64,000 bases of DNA, taken from assembly GCA_964439995.1 (NCBI GenBank), contig CAYTQD010000002.1:1567-65566 (forward strand), in the 5' to 3' direction. Shown here piece by piece: positions 10,609-20,999 of the stretch. The DNA is from an uncultured Nitrososphaeraceae archaeon. GTDB taxonomy: Archaea; Thermoproteota; Nitrososphaeria; Nitrososphaerales; Nitrososphaeraceae. Under the pieces are notes generated by a model. That model saw only the letters and a list, made by a program, of their open reading frames with translations, searched no databases and had not been told where the DNA came from. The number at the start of each line of letters is the position of its first letter. Position 1 is the first letter of the stretch. A program made the translations under genes and the position numbers.

Positions 10609-10869
10609 TCAAATTCCTTTCCAGATTTTTACGTCTGGTGGCGTAATAACTACGCGTTCCTCCCCTAATCGCGCTATATCTCCACCTAATGACTGTACGT
10701 ACTTATAGAGATCATCAATAGCCTTGCGTAATTCTTCGACATCCTTATGAGCGAGGGGTGTAACACGTACAATTATTATCATGTGTTTTTTAACATCATC
10801 CTTAATGTTGGATATATCGCTCATACTTTTGAGGGTCACGGCTTTCAGATAAATGTGTGTTTTTTGCAT
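10609..10869 (-). CDS. sepF: SepF family protein
   Basis: GGDIARLGEERVVITPP motif. Confidence 0.85.
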   Translation of the reverse strand: MQKTHIYLKAVTLKSMSDISNIKDDVKKHMIIIVRVTPLAHKDVEELRKAIDDLYKYVQSLGGDIARLGEERVVITPPDVKIWKGI

Positions 10870-10941
10870 ACGTTCTCCTTTATTAGTACTGAACTGAAAT
10901 TTTAAAATAAATAGCCATAGCGTTCATCATTATTCGCTTTC

Positions 10942-12000
10942 TCAGATTCGTAGCTTAACAATTTCTTCGTCAGAAGCCGAAGCAACATGTATTTCCTCTA
11001 TCTTATCATGCCCTATAGCTCGGATCCTGCCTTTGACGCCTTCGGGGGAATCAGAATATCGTAGTACGATGGTGGAAGCAACATTCAGTATTGAATCATC
11101 AAGCGTCTTACCTCTTAATAAACAAGTAGGGCCTACGTAGTCCATAGCCTCTAGTATGACATCACCACGCATCGCTAGGCTTCTTATCTTTCCATTCTCT
11201 TCCATATTTCGTCCTACAACTAACTTTGCATCATATGACATCCTAAAGTGCCTCCCCAGTTTTAGTAATTCTACATCGTTGAGGCTAGGAATATCATAGG
11301 TGTGCTCAAAAGAATCCTTGATTCTATCAGAAAAAGTGGGATCAGTGAGCAGACATCCCCCCGCTGAGCTAGCAGGTTCGATGTTAAAATGTTTTGCAAG
11401 CCCTATCTGAACCTTCCGAGACCTGCCTTTTATATCACCTAGATTTTCTCTTCTGACAAGGTGACCCTTCTCGGCGTCAGTGGGAGGGAGACATTTTGCA
11501 GATAGTGGTCTCAGAACCTTACCGGCGGTGTTAGTTTCCTCTTCAATAACACGTAAGGCATTCCTATTCTGGCTCATAGGCCTCTGAGACAAAACCTCTC
11601 CGGTGACTATAAAATCGGCGTTGATCTTTTCCATATGCTTCCTTGCTTCTCGATACATCATTTTTCTGCAATCAATGCATGGATTCATGTTAGAGCCGTA
11701 ACCGTGTTTTGGTTTTTTTAACATCTTTAGATATTCTTCTCCAAGGTATACCGTTTTTAATGGTACTCTCATTTTAGAAGCAACCTCTTTCACCCTGTGT
11801 CCGCAACCCTTCCCACAATCAAAGTCGCAAAACGGTGTCTTAATTGCGATTGCTTCAATGCTAATCCCTTCCTCTTGCATCATCCTAACAGCAAGGCTGC
11901 TATCCAACCCCCCTGAGAGCAAGGCTACCGCCTTCCCATTTCTATGCTCGCATTTAACTTGGTCATTACTTTGCATTGCCTTGGTAATTGATGTACCCAT
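10942..12000 (-). CDS. PP-loop tRNA thiolase-like protein (ThiI/MnmA-like, no THUMP domain)
   Basis: LLSGGLDS PP-loop, NPCIDC, TGEVLSQRPMSQ, GGCLLTD and GRHFR motifs. Confidence 0.82.
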   Translation of the reverse strand: MGTSITKAMQSNDQVKCEHRNGKAVALLSGGLDSSLAVRMMQEEGISIEAIAIKTPFCDFDCGKGCGHRVKEVASKMRVPLKTVYLGEEYLKMLKKPKHGYGSNMNPCIDCRKMMYREARKHMEKINADFIVTGEVLSQRPMSQNRNALRVIEEETNTAGKVLRPLSAKCLPPTDAEKGHLVRRENLGDIKGRSRKVQIGLAKHFNIEPASSAGGCLLTDPTFSDRIKDSFEHTYDIPSLNDVELLKLGRHFRMSYDAKLVVGRNMEENGKIRSLAMRGDVILEAMDYVGPTCLLRGKTLDDSILNVASTIVLRYSDSPEGVKGRIRAIGHDKIEEIHVASASDEEIVKLRI

Positions 12001-12056
12001 AGTATATTTATTTTGGGTTCGAACAATTATATTTAATTAAAAAATGAAGATTCCTT

Positions 12057-12218
12057 ATGGTAGGAGAAGTAATAGCGAATTATGAGCAGTACATCTGGAC
12101 TGCTCTAGGACTATTCGTGGTTGGTATTCTGACGATTATAACATACGATAACAGCTCGGCTGCTTCGAGACCAAAGCGGAGGAAGCTGCAACAGTCTGAA
12201 CATACTCAAAGTGATTGA
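12057..12218 (+). CDS. Unannotated 53-aa single-pass membrane protein
   Basis: MVGEVIANYEQYIWTALGLFVVGILTIITYDNSSAASRPKRRKLQQSEHTQSD; hydrophobic segment then basic cluster; stop abuts the lhr TTG at 12219. Confidence 0.7.
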   Translation: MVGEVIANYEQYIWTALGLFVVGILTIITYDNSSAASRPKRRKLQQSEHTQSD

Positions 12219-14954
12219 TTGACCACTATAGACCAGGCAATTTTTGAAAAATTCAAAAAACAAGGATTCCTAACACTTACGACAATTCAGGCCAAAGCAC
12301 TCCCAGTAATCGCTAGGAAGATTAATTGTTTGTTAGTTTCTCCTACAGGATCCGGAAAAACAGAAGCTGCTGTTATCCCTGTTTTTTCTATGCTATCCGA
12401 CACTCACACCATGAAAGGAAAAATACGAGTAATCTATGTTACTCCATTGAGGGCGCTTAACAATGACGTTCAAAGAAGAATAGTGAAATACGCCGAATCT
12501 GAAGGTCTTCGCGTCGAAATAAGACACGGTGATACGATTCCCAGGTTACGAAGAAAAATAACTGACAATCCACCCGATATATTAATCACAACCCCGGAAT
12601 CGCTGGGTGTTATTCTTACTAGCCAGAAACTGCTGCTAGCATTACACGGGTTGGAATGGGTGATTATAGATGAGGTTCATGAGCTTATCCCAAGTGAACG
12701 TGGATCTCACCTATCTCTAAGCCTCGAAAGGTTGCAGTCAGTATCTACACACACTGTCACAAGAATAGGACTCTCCGCTACGGTACGCAGCTTGATGGAA
12801 ACAGGCAAGTTTGTTGTAGGTCCAGAAAGAAAGTGCGCTATACTGGTAGATAGTAGCACACGAAAATATGATGTAGACATAGAATTCGTAGACGGTTCTT
12901 TAAACAATGTTGCGAAGTACATAGCGGATTATATCAAGATTCATCACATAGTTGGACCAGTATTATTATTTACGAATACCAGAGACGAGGCCGAATATAT
13001 GGGAGCCATTTTAAGGAACCGAGATGAAATTATTGTAGACGTTCACCACGGATCCTTGTCTCAAAATGTGCGGGAGGAAACTGAGAGTAGGCTAAGAGCA
13101 GGTTCGGCAGGAGTTGTCGTTTGCACTTCTTCCCTAGAGTTGGGACTCGATATCGGGTCAGTTCAACTCGTAGTTCACTGCGGATCTCCTCGGCAGGTTT
13201 CAAAATTGATTCAAAGAATAGGGAGAAGCAGACATACGCAGGGCAGGTCAGCTAAGGGTCTGATCGTTGTAAATAACTCGGATGATGAAATCGAGGCGCT
13301 TGCTATCATAAGAAGGATGCAGAGGCGATCAATGGAGGTTCAGATGATCCATAGAAAACCTCTAGACGTACTGGCCCATCACCTAGTAGGCCTGTCGATT
13401 CAGGCTAAACACTCAATAGATTTAGGATCAGCTTACGAGATGTTTAGAAAGGCATATCCATTTTGTACCCTCAGTTATCATGAAATGGTAGGAGTTATAG
13501 AGCTTCTTGCTTGGCAGGGGATTCTACGATATGACCAAGTAGCTCAAATTTACCGTCTAACGATGAAGTCTTACAAATATTATTTTGAAAATCTTTCAAT
13601 GATCCCAGACGTGCTAAAGTTTGAAGTTGTAGATATGATAAGTAATAGAAGAATAGGTACTCTGGACCAAGAGTTTGTGGGTGACCATGGGGAAAAAGGA
13701 AATGTATTTGTACTTAAAGGATCTCAGTGGCGTATTCTAACGGTCGACGAAGCTAAGATGCGAGTAACTGTTGAACCTCTTCGTGGTGCACCTATCAATA
13801 TTCCGTACTGGAATGGCGAAACCATACCTGTTGATTTTGAAACTGCCAGAGAAGTTGGAAAGATACGCAATAAGGCTGCAAATAATATGTTGCTGCTGTC
13901 GAGCAACGTTATAGGCCAAACATTAGAAGCTTTGGATCAGGTTGCAGACTCCTCGAACATTGTTGTGGAGGGTTCCATTTCTAGGAATACCTTAGTGATT
14001 CACAGCACTTTTGGGACTAAAGTAAACAATACGATAGCCTCGCTGATGTCGACAATAATATCGTCACAGCTTGGATATCTGGTTGACGCCAAGGCAGACC
14101 CTTACAGAATACTACTTACTTCAAGTGCCAGAATAGGAAGGCATCTAGTAGAAGCATTCTTTAACGATATCTTCGATGTAGAGACAGTTCTTATCGCCTC
14201 CATGATTGGCACCCATAATATAAGTTGGAAAGTCTGGATGGTCTCGAAGAGGTTTGGCGTCGTAGGTAAAGACGTACTTTATGACAAAAGAATTGCTCGG
14301 GTTATATACGACAGATACTCGAAAACCCCCCTCAGCAATGAGTCGATCAGAGAGTTGATTCATGACAAATACGACATTGAAGGGACGCGATATGTACTTG
14401 AAATGTTTAAGAAGAAGAGAGTTATCCTGCACTGGAAAGAGGTCGATGCGTTTTCACAGTTGGCTAAGCCAATTTTGGAGCGTTCCACAAGTTTATTGTC
14501 AAATCCTCTAAGTATAGAAAAAGGTGTAATAGAGCTTATAAGGGAAAGATTAGACAAGACAAGACATCGATTGATCTGCGTACGATGTGGGAAGTGGGAG
14601 AGATTATTACAAACAAAAGACGCATCTGATCGATTAGCGTGCCCCCGCTGCCATTCTAAACTTGTGACTTCAACGTCCCATTTTGACAATGAATTGGACA
14701 AGATAATTATCAGAAAACTCTCTGGAGCGCGGCTTTCTCCCGATGAGACCCATAAATTCGATCGAGCCTGGAAGGTAGCTTCTCTGATTAACAGCTTTGG
14801 CAGACGAGCACTCATTGTGCTGGCTGGATATGGTATCGGCGCCGATAGCGCTGCTCGCATTTTACGCAACTACGATGAAGATTCAGAATTGTACCGAGCA
14901 ATCTACGAAGCAGAAAAACAGTACGTTACAACTCGGGGATTCTGGAAGGATTAA
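12219..14954 (+). CDS. lhr: Lhr-family DEAD/DEAH helicase with C-terminal Cys motif
   Basis: SPTGSGKT, DEVHE, GLSAT, LELGLDIG and QRIGRS motifs; CVRC..CPRC. Confidence 0.94.
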   Translation: MTTIDQAIFEKFKKQGFLTLTTIQAKALPVIARKINCLLVSPTGSGKTEAAVIPVFSMLSDTHTMKGKIRVIYVTPLRALNNDVQRRIVKYAESEGLRVEIRHGDTIPRLRRKITDNPPDILITTPESLGVILTSQKLLLALHGLEWVIIDEVHELIPSERGSHLSLSLERLQSVSTHTVTRIGLSATVRSLMETGKFVVGPERKCAILVDSSTRKYDVDIEFVDGSLNNVAKYIADYIKIHHIVGPVLLFTNTRDEAEYMGAILRNRDEIIVDVHHGSLSQNVREETESRLRAGSAGVVVCTSSLELGLDIGSVQLVVHCGSPRQVSKLIQRIGRSRHTQGRSAKGLIVVNNSDDEIEALAIIRRMQRRSMEVQMIHRKPLDVLAHHLVGLSIQAKHSIDLGSAYEMFRKAYPFCTLSYHEMVGVIELLAWQGILRYDQVAQIYRLTMKSYKYYFENLSMIPDVLKFEVVDMISNRRIGTLDQEFVGDHGEKGNVFVLKGSQWRILTVDEAKMRVTVEPLRGAPINIPYWNGETIPVDFETAREVGKIRNKAANNMLLLSSNVIGQTLEALDQVADSSNIVVEGSISRNTLVIHSTFGTKVNNTIASLMSTIISSQLGYLVDAKADPYRILLTSSARIGRHLVEAFFNDIFDVETVLIASMIGTHNISWKVWMVSKRFGVVGKDVLYDKRIARVIYDRYSKTPLSNESIRELIHDKYDIEGTRYVLEMFKKKRVILHWKEVDAFSQLAKPILERSTSLLSNPLSIEKGVIELIRERLDKTRHRLICVRCGKWERLLQTKDASDRLACPRCHSKLVTSTSHFDNELDKIIIRKLSGARLSPDETHKFDRAWKVASLINSFGRRALIVLAGYGIGADSAARILRNYDEDSELYRAIYEAEKQYVTTRGFWKD

Positions 14955-15067
14955 ACCTAAATTATATTATGGTAAATATGCTAAAACTAAATTCAATCGT
15001 ACAACAATAAATCAAGTTGCGGCTTAGCGTTTGCTTGCTACAAGTCAAAAAGGTGAATAATAAGAAA

Positions 15068-16522
15068 TCAACTGATCTTTACTAAAGAAGAATACTGTCG
15101 TAAGGTAAGCTCCGGATTTCCACCCACTCTACTGTTTACTGTGACTCCGGCTACCTTTATCCTGTCTCCTAAATTCAACTTTCTCATCTCTAGACTTTGC
15201 TCCCGCCAACCTACAAGTCTAATCTCACCAGTATCATCGCCTATTATGGTATCCGTGAGTGGGACAACCTCGGAGCTTTTGGTAGTCACTTCGATTTGAT
15301 TAGGGGTTTGCAGGACTATAGCTTCTAGAAGTACTGGGTCCTGAGAGGAGTTAATATCTTTAATCTTCGATTCTAGCGAAGCCGCATAGGGAAAAGACGA
15401 GTCATCGTCCACCACTCTTAGGTAGGAGTCGTCGGCTGACAATATTATGTAATTACCTAGAACTCTACTAGGAAAACATTCTATGACGGTATCTTGATGC
15501 AATTCCTTAATCACTAAGCTCTCATCTAAATTGAGGATGTAATACTTGTGCGATCTATCAACGGCAAGGCATCTAGTTATTCCCCTGTCAGTTTGCATCC
15601 CGACGGAAATTACTCTCAATGGCATCACTTCAACTTCAAGTGGGCTTCCTGAGAATTCAACGGCTGTACCCTCATCTCCGTGTATTTCAAAATCGAAATT
15701 TCCATACTGAGGATTGCCTTCTTTAATTCTCACCCCAATCAGTTTCACCTGTACTCCACTTTCTAATACCTTTGGTAGCATATGTTCGTCTATGTTCCAG
15801 AGAACAACTCGAATAGATCTGGTTTGGTCGTCATTAGACAATTGTAGTTGGAGTGATTTACCCCGACCTCCTCTCGGGCTGGTAAACTCAGAGATACGAG
15901 GATTAGAGTTTACTTTGCCTACTACTACGATGTTGTCACGGGCCTCTTTAATCTGATCTACGCCAATCGCGATAGAATCTATATCACGAATGTTTGCATT
16001 CCCTCCATCTATTATTTCGATGGTACTACTTGAACCCAAATTAACAACAGGACTTCCGTTGAGAGATGCTTTTACAGTTCCCCTGGATATCTCTATTACA
16101 TCTCCTGGTTTAAGTCCCTTTTCCTCGGGAAAATCTGTGAGTAGATCCCATAGCTTAACTTTAATAGAGGAGTCATTATCATAGATAGTGATCGTTCGGT
16201 TTCTAATTTCATCCTGGGTTTCTCTCTTTACAAATCTACGAGTGGGATAGATATTCATAACTCGACCTGTAATGCTTATCTCCTTAGCTCCTATGTACAA
16301 ATCCTTTATTCCAGAATTAGTCCTTGGGCCACCTCCAAATGAAATTCCGAGATCTGCAGCCACAAGAAATAGAGCCCCTTGGTCTGTAAGGTATCCTGCG
16401 CCGACAGTTTTTTTCTTTTCCTCGATCATATCTTTTACCCTTTCAGCATTTATCTCAGGCTTCTCCCTAAGCACTGTTTCTATCATTCTTTTAAAGTCTG
16501 CTGACATATTGAAATCCACCAT
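15068..16522 (-). CDS. rpa: Multi-OB-fold single-stranded DNA-binding protein (RPA)
   Basis: GAGYLTDQGALFLVA N-terminus; repeated OB folds (D....IKVKLW, DDTGEIRLVGW). Confidence 0.85.
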   Translation of the reverse strand: MVDFNMSADFKRMIETVLREKPEINAERVKDMIEEKKKTVGAGYLTDQGALFLVAADLGISFGGGPRTNSGIKDLYIGAKEISITGRVMNIYPTRRFVKRETQDEIRNRTITIYDNDSSIKVKLWDLLTDFPEEKGLKPGDVIEISRGTVKASLNGSPVVNLGSSSTIEIIDGGNANIRDIDSIAIGVDQIKEARDNIVVVGKVNSNPRISEFTSPRGGRGKSLQLQLSNDDQTRSIRVVLWNIDEHMLPKVLESGVQVKLIGVRIKEGNPQYGNFDFEIHGDEGTAVEFSGSPLEVEVMPLRVISVGMQTDRGITRCLAVDRSHKYYILNLDESLVIKELHQDTVIECFPSRVLGNYIILSADDSYLRVVDDDSSFPYAASLESKIKDINSSQDPVLLEAIVLQTPNQIEVTTKSSEVVPLTDTIIGDDTGEIRLVGWREQSLEMRKLNLGDRIKVAGVTVNSRVGGNPELTLRQYSSLVKIS

Positions 16523-16696
16523 ACATTTATGGCACTCTGTTCTAACCTACATCCCACTTGCCTATATGTCTTGACGTATCGTACACGATTAGACACATTC
16601 TACTTACCTATCTGTAGGGTAGCGATCAGGATTACCAATAGAAAGCGAGGTGTCTCATGTGTGTAGCTAATACTACTACGTGTCCCCTATGAAACA

Positions 16697-17107
16697 TCAC
16701 GATCCTTTCACTATAGATCTAAGTTTTACAACCAAATCAGACATCGTAATCGGCTTTATAATGAAATCCTTTACATCAATCGAGGGCAAAACTTTGTTGA
16801 ATTCATCTTTATTAATCTCAAAGGCAGTTATGAAGGCTATCTTGATAGAGGGATTCTTTTCCTTTATTCTTCTATACAACTCAAACCCACTCATTTTTGG
16901 CATCCGAATGTCTGTCAAGATTAGATCGTAGTAATCCTTAGGATGACTGTTAAATGCTTGAAGGGCCAATTCTCCACTCTGGAATACGTCTACCTTAAAT
17001 GTATTATTATTTGCTTCGAGATCTCTTTTAATTATGCGCAAAATGTCCCTTTCGTCGTCAACAACCATCAGTTTTACAGGATTTGTATCTGATGAATTGT
17101 TGATCAT
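16697..17107 (-). CDS. Single-domain response regulator
   Basis: VVDDE, TDIRMP (phospho-Asp), ITA and IKP motifs. Confidence 0.95.
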   Translation of the reverse strand: MINNSSDTNPVKLMVVDDERDILRIIKRDLEANNNTFKVDVFQSGELALQAFNSHPKDYYDLILTDIRMPKMSGFELYRRIKEKNPSIKIAFITAFEINKDEFNKVLPSIDVKDFIIKPITMSDLVVKLRSIVKGS

Positions 17108-17189
17108 AATATTTCAAAAATAATCCTACTCCTATTAAACATTGTCGAATCATTTCAAAAGTATGTCAGTATGCAACCACTCATCTTAG

Positions 17190-19010
17190 TCAAGGTGAAT
17201 TTGAATCCTCGTTAGCAGGCACCGAAAAATAAAATGTTGCACCTGATCCAGATTTGTTGTTTTCAGCCCAGATCTTGCCGCCGTGAGCTTCAATGATGCT
17301 TTTCGAAATATAAAGCCCCAAACCAGTCCCTCTATCTGACTTTGTAGTGAATTTTGAAAAAAGCTTTGGATATACCTCTGGATCTATTCCACATCCATTA
17401 TCTCGAATCCTGACTATGACTTCTTTGTCTAATACGCGAGTATCTATAGTTATTAGGCCGTTTTCTGCAAATTTGATTGCGTTACTTACCAGATTAGCTA
17501 TCACTTGGGATATTCTGCCCTTATCTGCTTCTACAAACACATCTTTAGGAGAGTATTGTATTTCGGGGAATTGAGATACTTCGTTATCATATCTTTTTAC
17601 ATCAGCAAGAGAGGTAGTTATCACGTCTTTTAGATTGAACCTTTCCCTGTGAAGTCTTAAGGAATTGCTCTCAATCCTAGTGACATCTAAAATGTCCGAT
17701 GCCAATCTGTCTAGCCGCTTGGCATTTCTTATTAAGGAAGAAACCTGATCCTTTTCTATCTCTACTCGCAGACCCTCGCTATTGAACTGACGTTCAATAA
17801 ATTGTGCATCTCCTAATATCGGCATAATCGGAGTTCTCAGCTCATGTGCTGCTACGTTTATGAATTCATTTTGCATCCTATCGTGCACTTTCAGTTGTTC
17901 GTTGGCTACCGCAAGTAACCTATTTGATTCAGTCAAGGAATCGTTTGCTGCCTTTAACTCAAGTGTTCTGTTCGTTACTGATGTCTTGAGCCTCTTATTC
18001 CATGATAGGATAAGAAATGCGATTCCAATTGCTATTGCTCCTGTGATAATAACAACAATAGTACTGAAGTTTTTTTGCTGGTCAATTAAGAAACCAACAT
18101 CACTTGTCAAGGTGTGGGGAGACCCTACGTATAAAGTCCAAAGTCTCTTCCCATCAATTAGTATGGGTTGGTATGAGATCGTCGTTGCTTTGCCATTGAA
18201 GTAAATGTCCTCTGAACCAGATTCAGGGCCAAGTGAACTTTGTAATATGCTGTTATATGCATCCTTTATATTCACCGGAACGGTAGATTGAAAGTCTTCC
18301 GATAAGTAGTTCTTGCCAATTAGAGACTCGTTTCTTGCATAAAGAAAAATTCCGTTATTGTCCATTACTCCTACATTACTTATAAGTTCAGGCGAAAGGT
18401 TATTCTGCAAAAAATTTCCGACTTTATTGACATCAATGGTAGAAGCTATTACTCCTCTGAATGCTTCAGTCCTGTTAGATACGTCTTCATTCACCTCGAA
18501 AATTGGAAAGGCGATGAATATTTTAGGGTCAGGAGACTGCTTGACTGTGCTGTAATAGGGAAGCTTCGTGCTTTTTGGAGAAAGATAATGCTCCGCAGTA
18601 CTAAGGTCCAAACCACTCTCGTATCCCAACTGAGCGCGACTACTATTACTAGAGGAAACAACTCTTCCATCAGAGTCGAGCAAAAAATAATTGTTGGTCA
18701 ATTCGCTTGTGCTATCCTGTGCGTTGTCAAGTAGGAATTGGATGGTTCGATTTTCAGGGGCTAATTGTGGCAACGAATTTGTAAGAGCTTCCAAGTTATT
18801 CGTAATTGAACTGATGCTTTGAATTAGTATTTGTGATAAGTGATACGCCTCTATCCGCGCGTTTGACCTAACATCATTGGACGATATTCCAGCAATCTTG
18901 CTGGCAGTGAAAGAAGAATATTCGTAAGATAGAACCGATAAGATAATTGCTATTATTGCAATAAATAGGAGTAATCCTATGTTCCCTTTGGACAAGAATT
19001 TATTTGTCAC
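17190..19010 (-). CDS. Membrane sensor histidine kinase with Cache-like extracellular domain
   Basis: Two TM segments; HELRTP H-box; NAIKF, DNGCGI and GTGLGL boxes. Confidence 0.95.
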   Translation of the reverse strand: MTNKFLSKGNIGLLLFIAIIAIILSVLSYEYSSFTASKIAGISSNDVRSNARIEAYHLSQILIQSISSITNNLEALTNSLPQLAPENRTIQFLLDNAQDSTSELTNNYFLLDSDGRVVSSSNSSRAQLGYESGLDLSTAEHYLSPKSTKLPYYSTVKQSPDPKIFIAFPIFEVNEDVSNRTEAFRGVIASTIDVNKVGNFLQNNLSPELISNVGVMDNNGIFLYARNESLIGKNYLSEDFQSTVPVNIKDAYNSILQSSLGPESGSEDIYFNGKATTISYQPILIDGKRLWTLYVGSPHTLTSDVGFLIDQQKNFSTIVVIITGAIAIGIAFLILSWNKRLKTSVTNRTLELKAANDSLTESNRLLAVANEQLKVHDRMQNEFINVAAHELRTPIMPILGDAQFIERQFNSEGLRVEIEKDQVSSLIRNAKRLDRLASDILDVTRIESNSLRLHRERFNLKDVITTSLADVKRYDNEVSQFPEIQYSPKDVFVEADKGRISQVIANLVSNAIKFAENGLITIDTRVLDKEVIVRIRDNGCGIDPEVYPKLFSKFTTKSDRGTGLGLYISKSIIEAHGGKIWAENNKSGSGATFYFSVPANEDSNSP

Positions 19011-19170
19011 CGAAGTATCTCAGTGTGAGTGTACACAATAGTTAAATATTCCTTCCTTGAATTTCTTTAGTACTAATCATAAATTGTAGACTAGTTTCAT
19101 TAATCGAGATAGGGGCTTGTCGAGGCACAATTTAGCAACCTAGTTAATCCCAATCGGTCCAATGGTTTGG

Positions 19171-20214
19171 CTATTTGAATTCTTCTTCTAACACCATCTT
19201 CTTGTGACGCATATTAAACAAAGTGTCAGCTCTGGAAAGAGCATCTCCTCTACCGCGCTTGCAAACCATGGACTGTAACAGCAAGTAGTTTTCAGGAATC
19301 ACCATACCAGTTTGGTCGTCAGAATAAGGTATTTTTACTGTATCATCTTCTACTCTAACAACTTCTTGATGAATGTGCACCATGTTTGTGTCACCGTGTG
19401 AGAATCCTGCTTCCATCGCTTTTTTCCTTACTTGGGCCGTACCGGTTGCAGAAGTCAAAATTGCAATTCCAAACTCTTTCCTGAATGATTCAAGGATAGT
19501 ATCCTTTCTTGGGGCCGTCTTCTTGAATCTAACAGACATCTGATGTAGATGCATCATTCTCGAGGGAACCTTATATGCATCCACGTATAGATTAGCGTAT
19601 GGTAGGAAATCTTTGACGTCATCTCGGTGATGTGGATTGATATCCCACTCTATCGAGTCCTTCACCTGCTTGGAATCCTCAAGATCGGCCCCCCTTCTGA
19701 TCAGAGTCACGTCATATCGGATAATGTCATCGTCAAACTTTTCTATCAAAGGCTGGATAATCCGTCCCATTCCGGAAACATTGCAACTTCCTTGAATAAC
19801 ATAGGTTCTGCCGCAGGCATTATCGTAGTTGACCCTTGAGTTGTGAATCATATCTGCGACGGAATACTTACCATGTCTATCTTCACCTCCCTGGAAAATA
19901 GCAGGCTTATTGAGAGGTTCATATAATTTCTTCTTATTAAGGAATCCTCCACCTTCTTTAGCAGCATCTAGTACTATATCAGAATTTTCCACTGCGTCCT
20001 CAATAGTACCGTTAAATGGATAATGCCTTTCTGTGAAGTCCCTAACTTTTACTTTAGGAACATAAACCTCAAAATGATTGCGGATGGCTTCAAATACCTT
20101 CTCATCAGCAGTATACTTAGCTACCCCTACAACTCGGATTTCATTGTCGTGTGAAATTGCACTGGCAAGCCTTCGACCTATGCTTCCGTAACCGTTTATG
20201 AACACCTTAATCAA
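19171..20214 (-). CDS. gap: Archaeal (type II) glyceraldehyde-3-phosphate dehydrogenase
   Basis: NGYGSIGRR, IFQGGE, SCN (catalytic Cys), RRGAD and VIPEN motifs. Confidence 0.92.
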   Translation of the reverse strand: MIKVFINGYGSIGRRLASAISHDNEIRVVGVAKYTADEKVFEAIRNHFEVYVPKVKVRDFTERHYPFNGTIEDAVENSDIVLDAAKEGGGFLNKKKLYEPLNKPAIFQGGEDRHGKYSVADMIHNSRVNYDNACGRTYVIQGSCNVSGMGRIIQPLIEKFDDDIIRYDVTLIRRGADLEDSKQVKDSIEWDINPHHRDDVKDFLPYANLYVDAYKVPSRMMHLHQMSVRFKKTAPRKDTILESFRKEFGIAILTSATGTAQVRKKAMEAGFSHGDTNMVHIHQEVVRVEDDTVKIPYSDDQTGMVIPENYLLLQSMVCKRGRGDALSRADTLFNMRHKKMVLEEEFK

Positions 20215-20404
20215 GATACTCTCACAAATGAAGGTGAGTTGAGATAGTATTCCTCATTTAATATAGCTTTCCAAGTCAAATACATCTACACACAGCTACA
20301 GTTAGAGCAGTTTATTGATAGTATCCTAACAGCAATTTATTATTATTTGGTTTCCATATATGTTTTTATCTTATACTCAATCAATTACATAGTGAAAACT
20401 GCTC

Positions 20405-20992
20405 TTGAGAATTTTAATAATTGATAACTACGACTCATTTGTGTACAATATCGCTCAGATATTGGGCAAATTAAGGATTAAGACGTTAGTCAAACGAAAT
20501 GACAAGATAAGTAATACCTTTATCAGAACAATGAACCCTGACGGAATAATCATATCGCCAGGACCTGGGAACCCAGCTGATAATAAATACTTTGGGAACT
20601 GTAAAGATGTTATAGTCAACTTAGGACCAGTCATTCCTATTATGGGTGTTTGTTTAGGGCATGAGGGAATAGTTCACGCCTTCGGGGGTGGCATAGTTAA
20701 TGCGAAGAATGTTAGACATGGAAAAACAAGCCTGATAGAATATAAATCTGGTAAACTCTTCGAAAATATAGGCAATCCATTTAGAGCAACCCGATACCAT
20801 TCGCTGGTGGCAGACCCAAATAACATTCCGGATTGTCTTGAGGTTACAGCTAAGGCACTAGATGACGGCGCAATAATGGGGGTGAGACATAAACGATACC
20901 TAGTGGAGGGAATCCAGTTCCATCCTGAATCAGTTTTGACTGCTGACGGACCAATGATATTTCAGAACTTCGTCTCTATGCTGAAAAAATGA
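20405..20992 (+). CDS. trpG: Anthranilate synthase component II (glutamine amidotransferase)
   Basis: IDNYDSF, SPGPG, GVCLG, RYHSL and QFHPES motifs; upstream of trpD. Confidence 0.93.
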   Translation: MRILIIDNYDSFVYNIAQILGKLRIKTLVKRNDKISNTFIRTMNPDGIIISPGPGNPADNKYFGNCKDVIVNLGPVIPIMGVCLGHEGIVHAFGGGIVNAKNVRHGKTSLIEYKSGKLFENIGNPFRATRYHSLVADPNNIPDCLEVTAKALDDGAIMGVRHKRYLVEGIQFHPESVLTADGPMIFQNFVSMLKK

Positions 20993-20999
20993 TTCTCTG

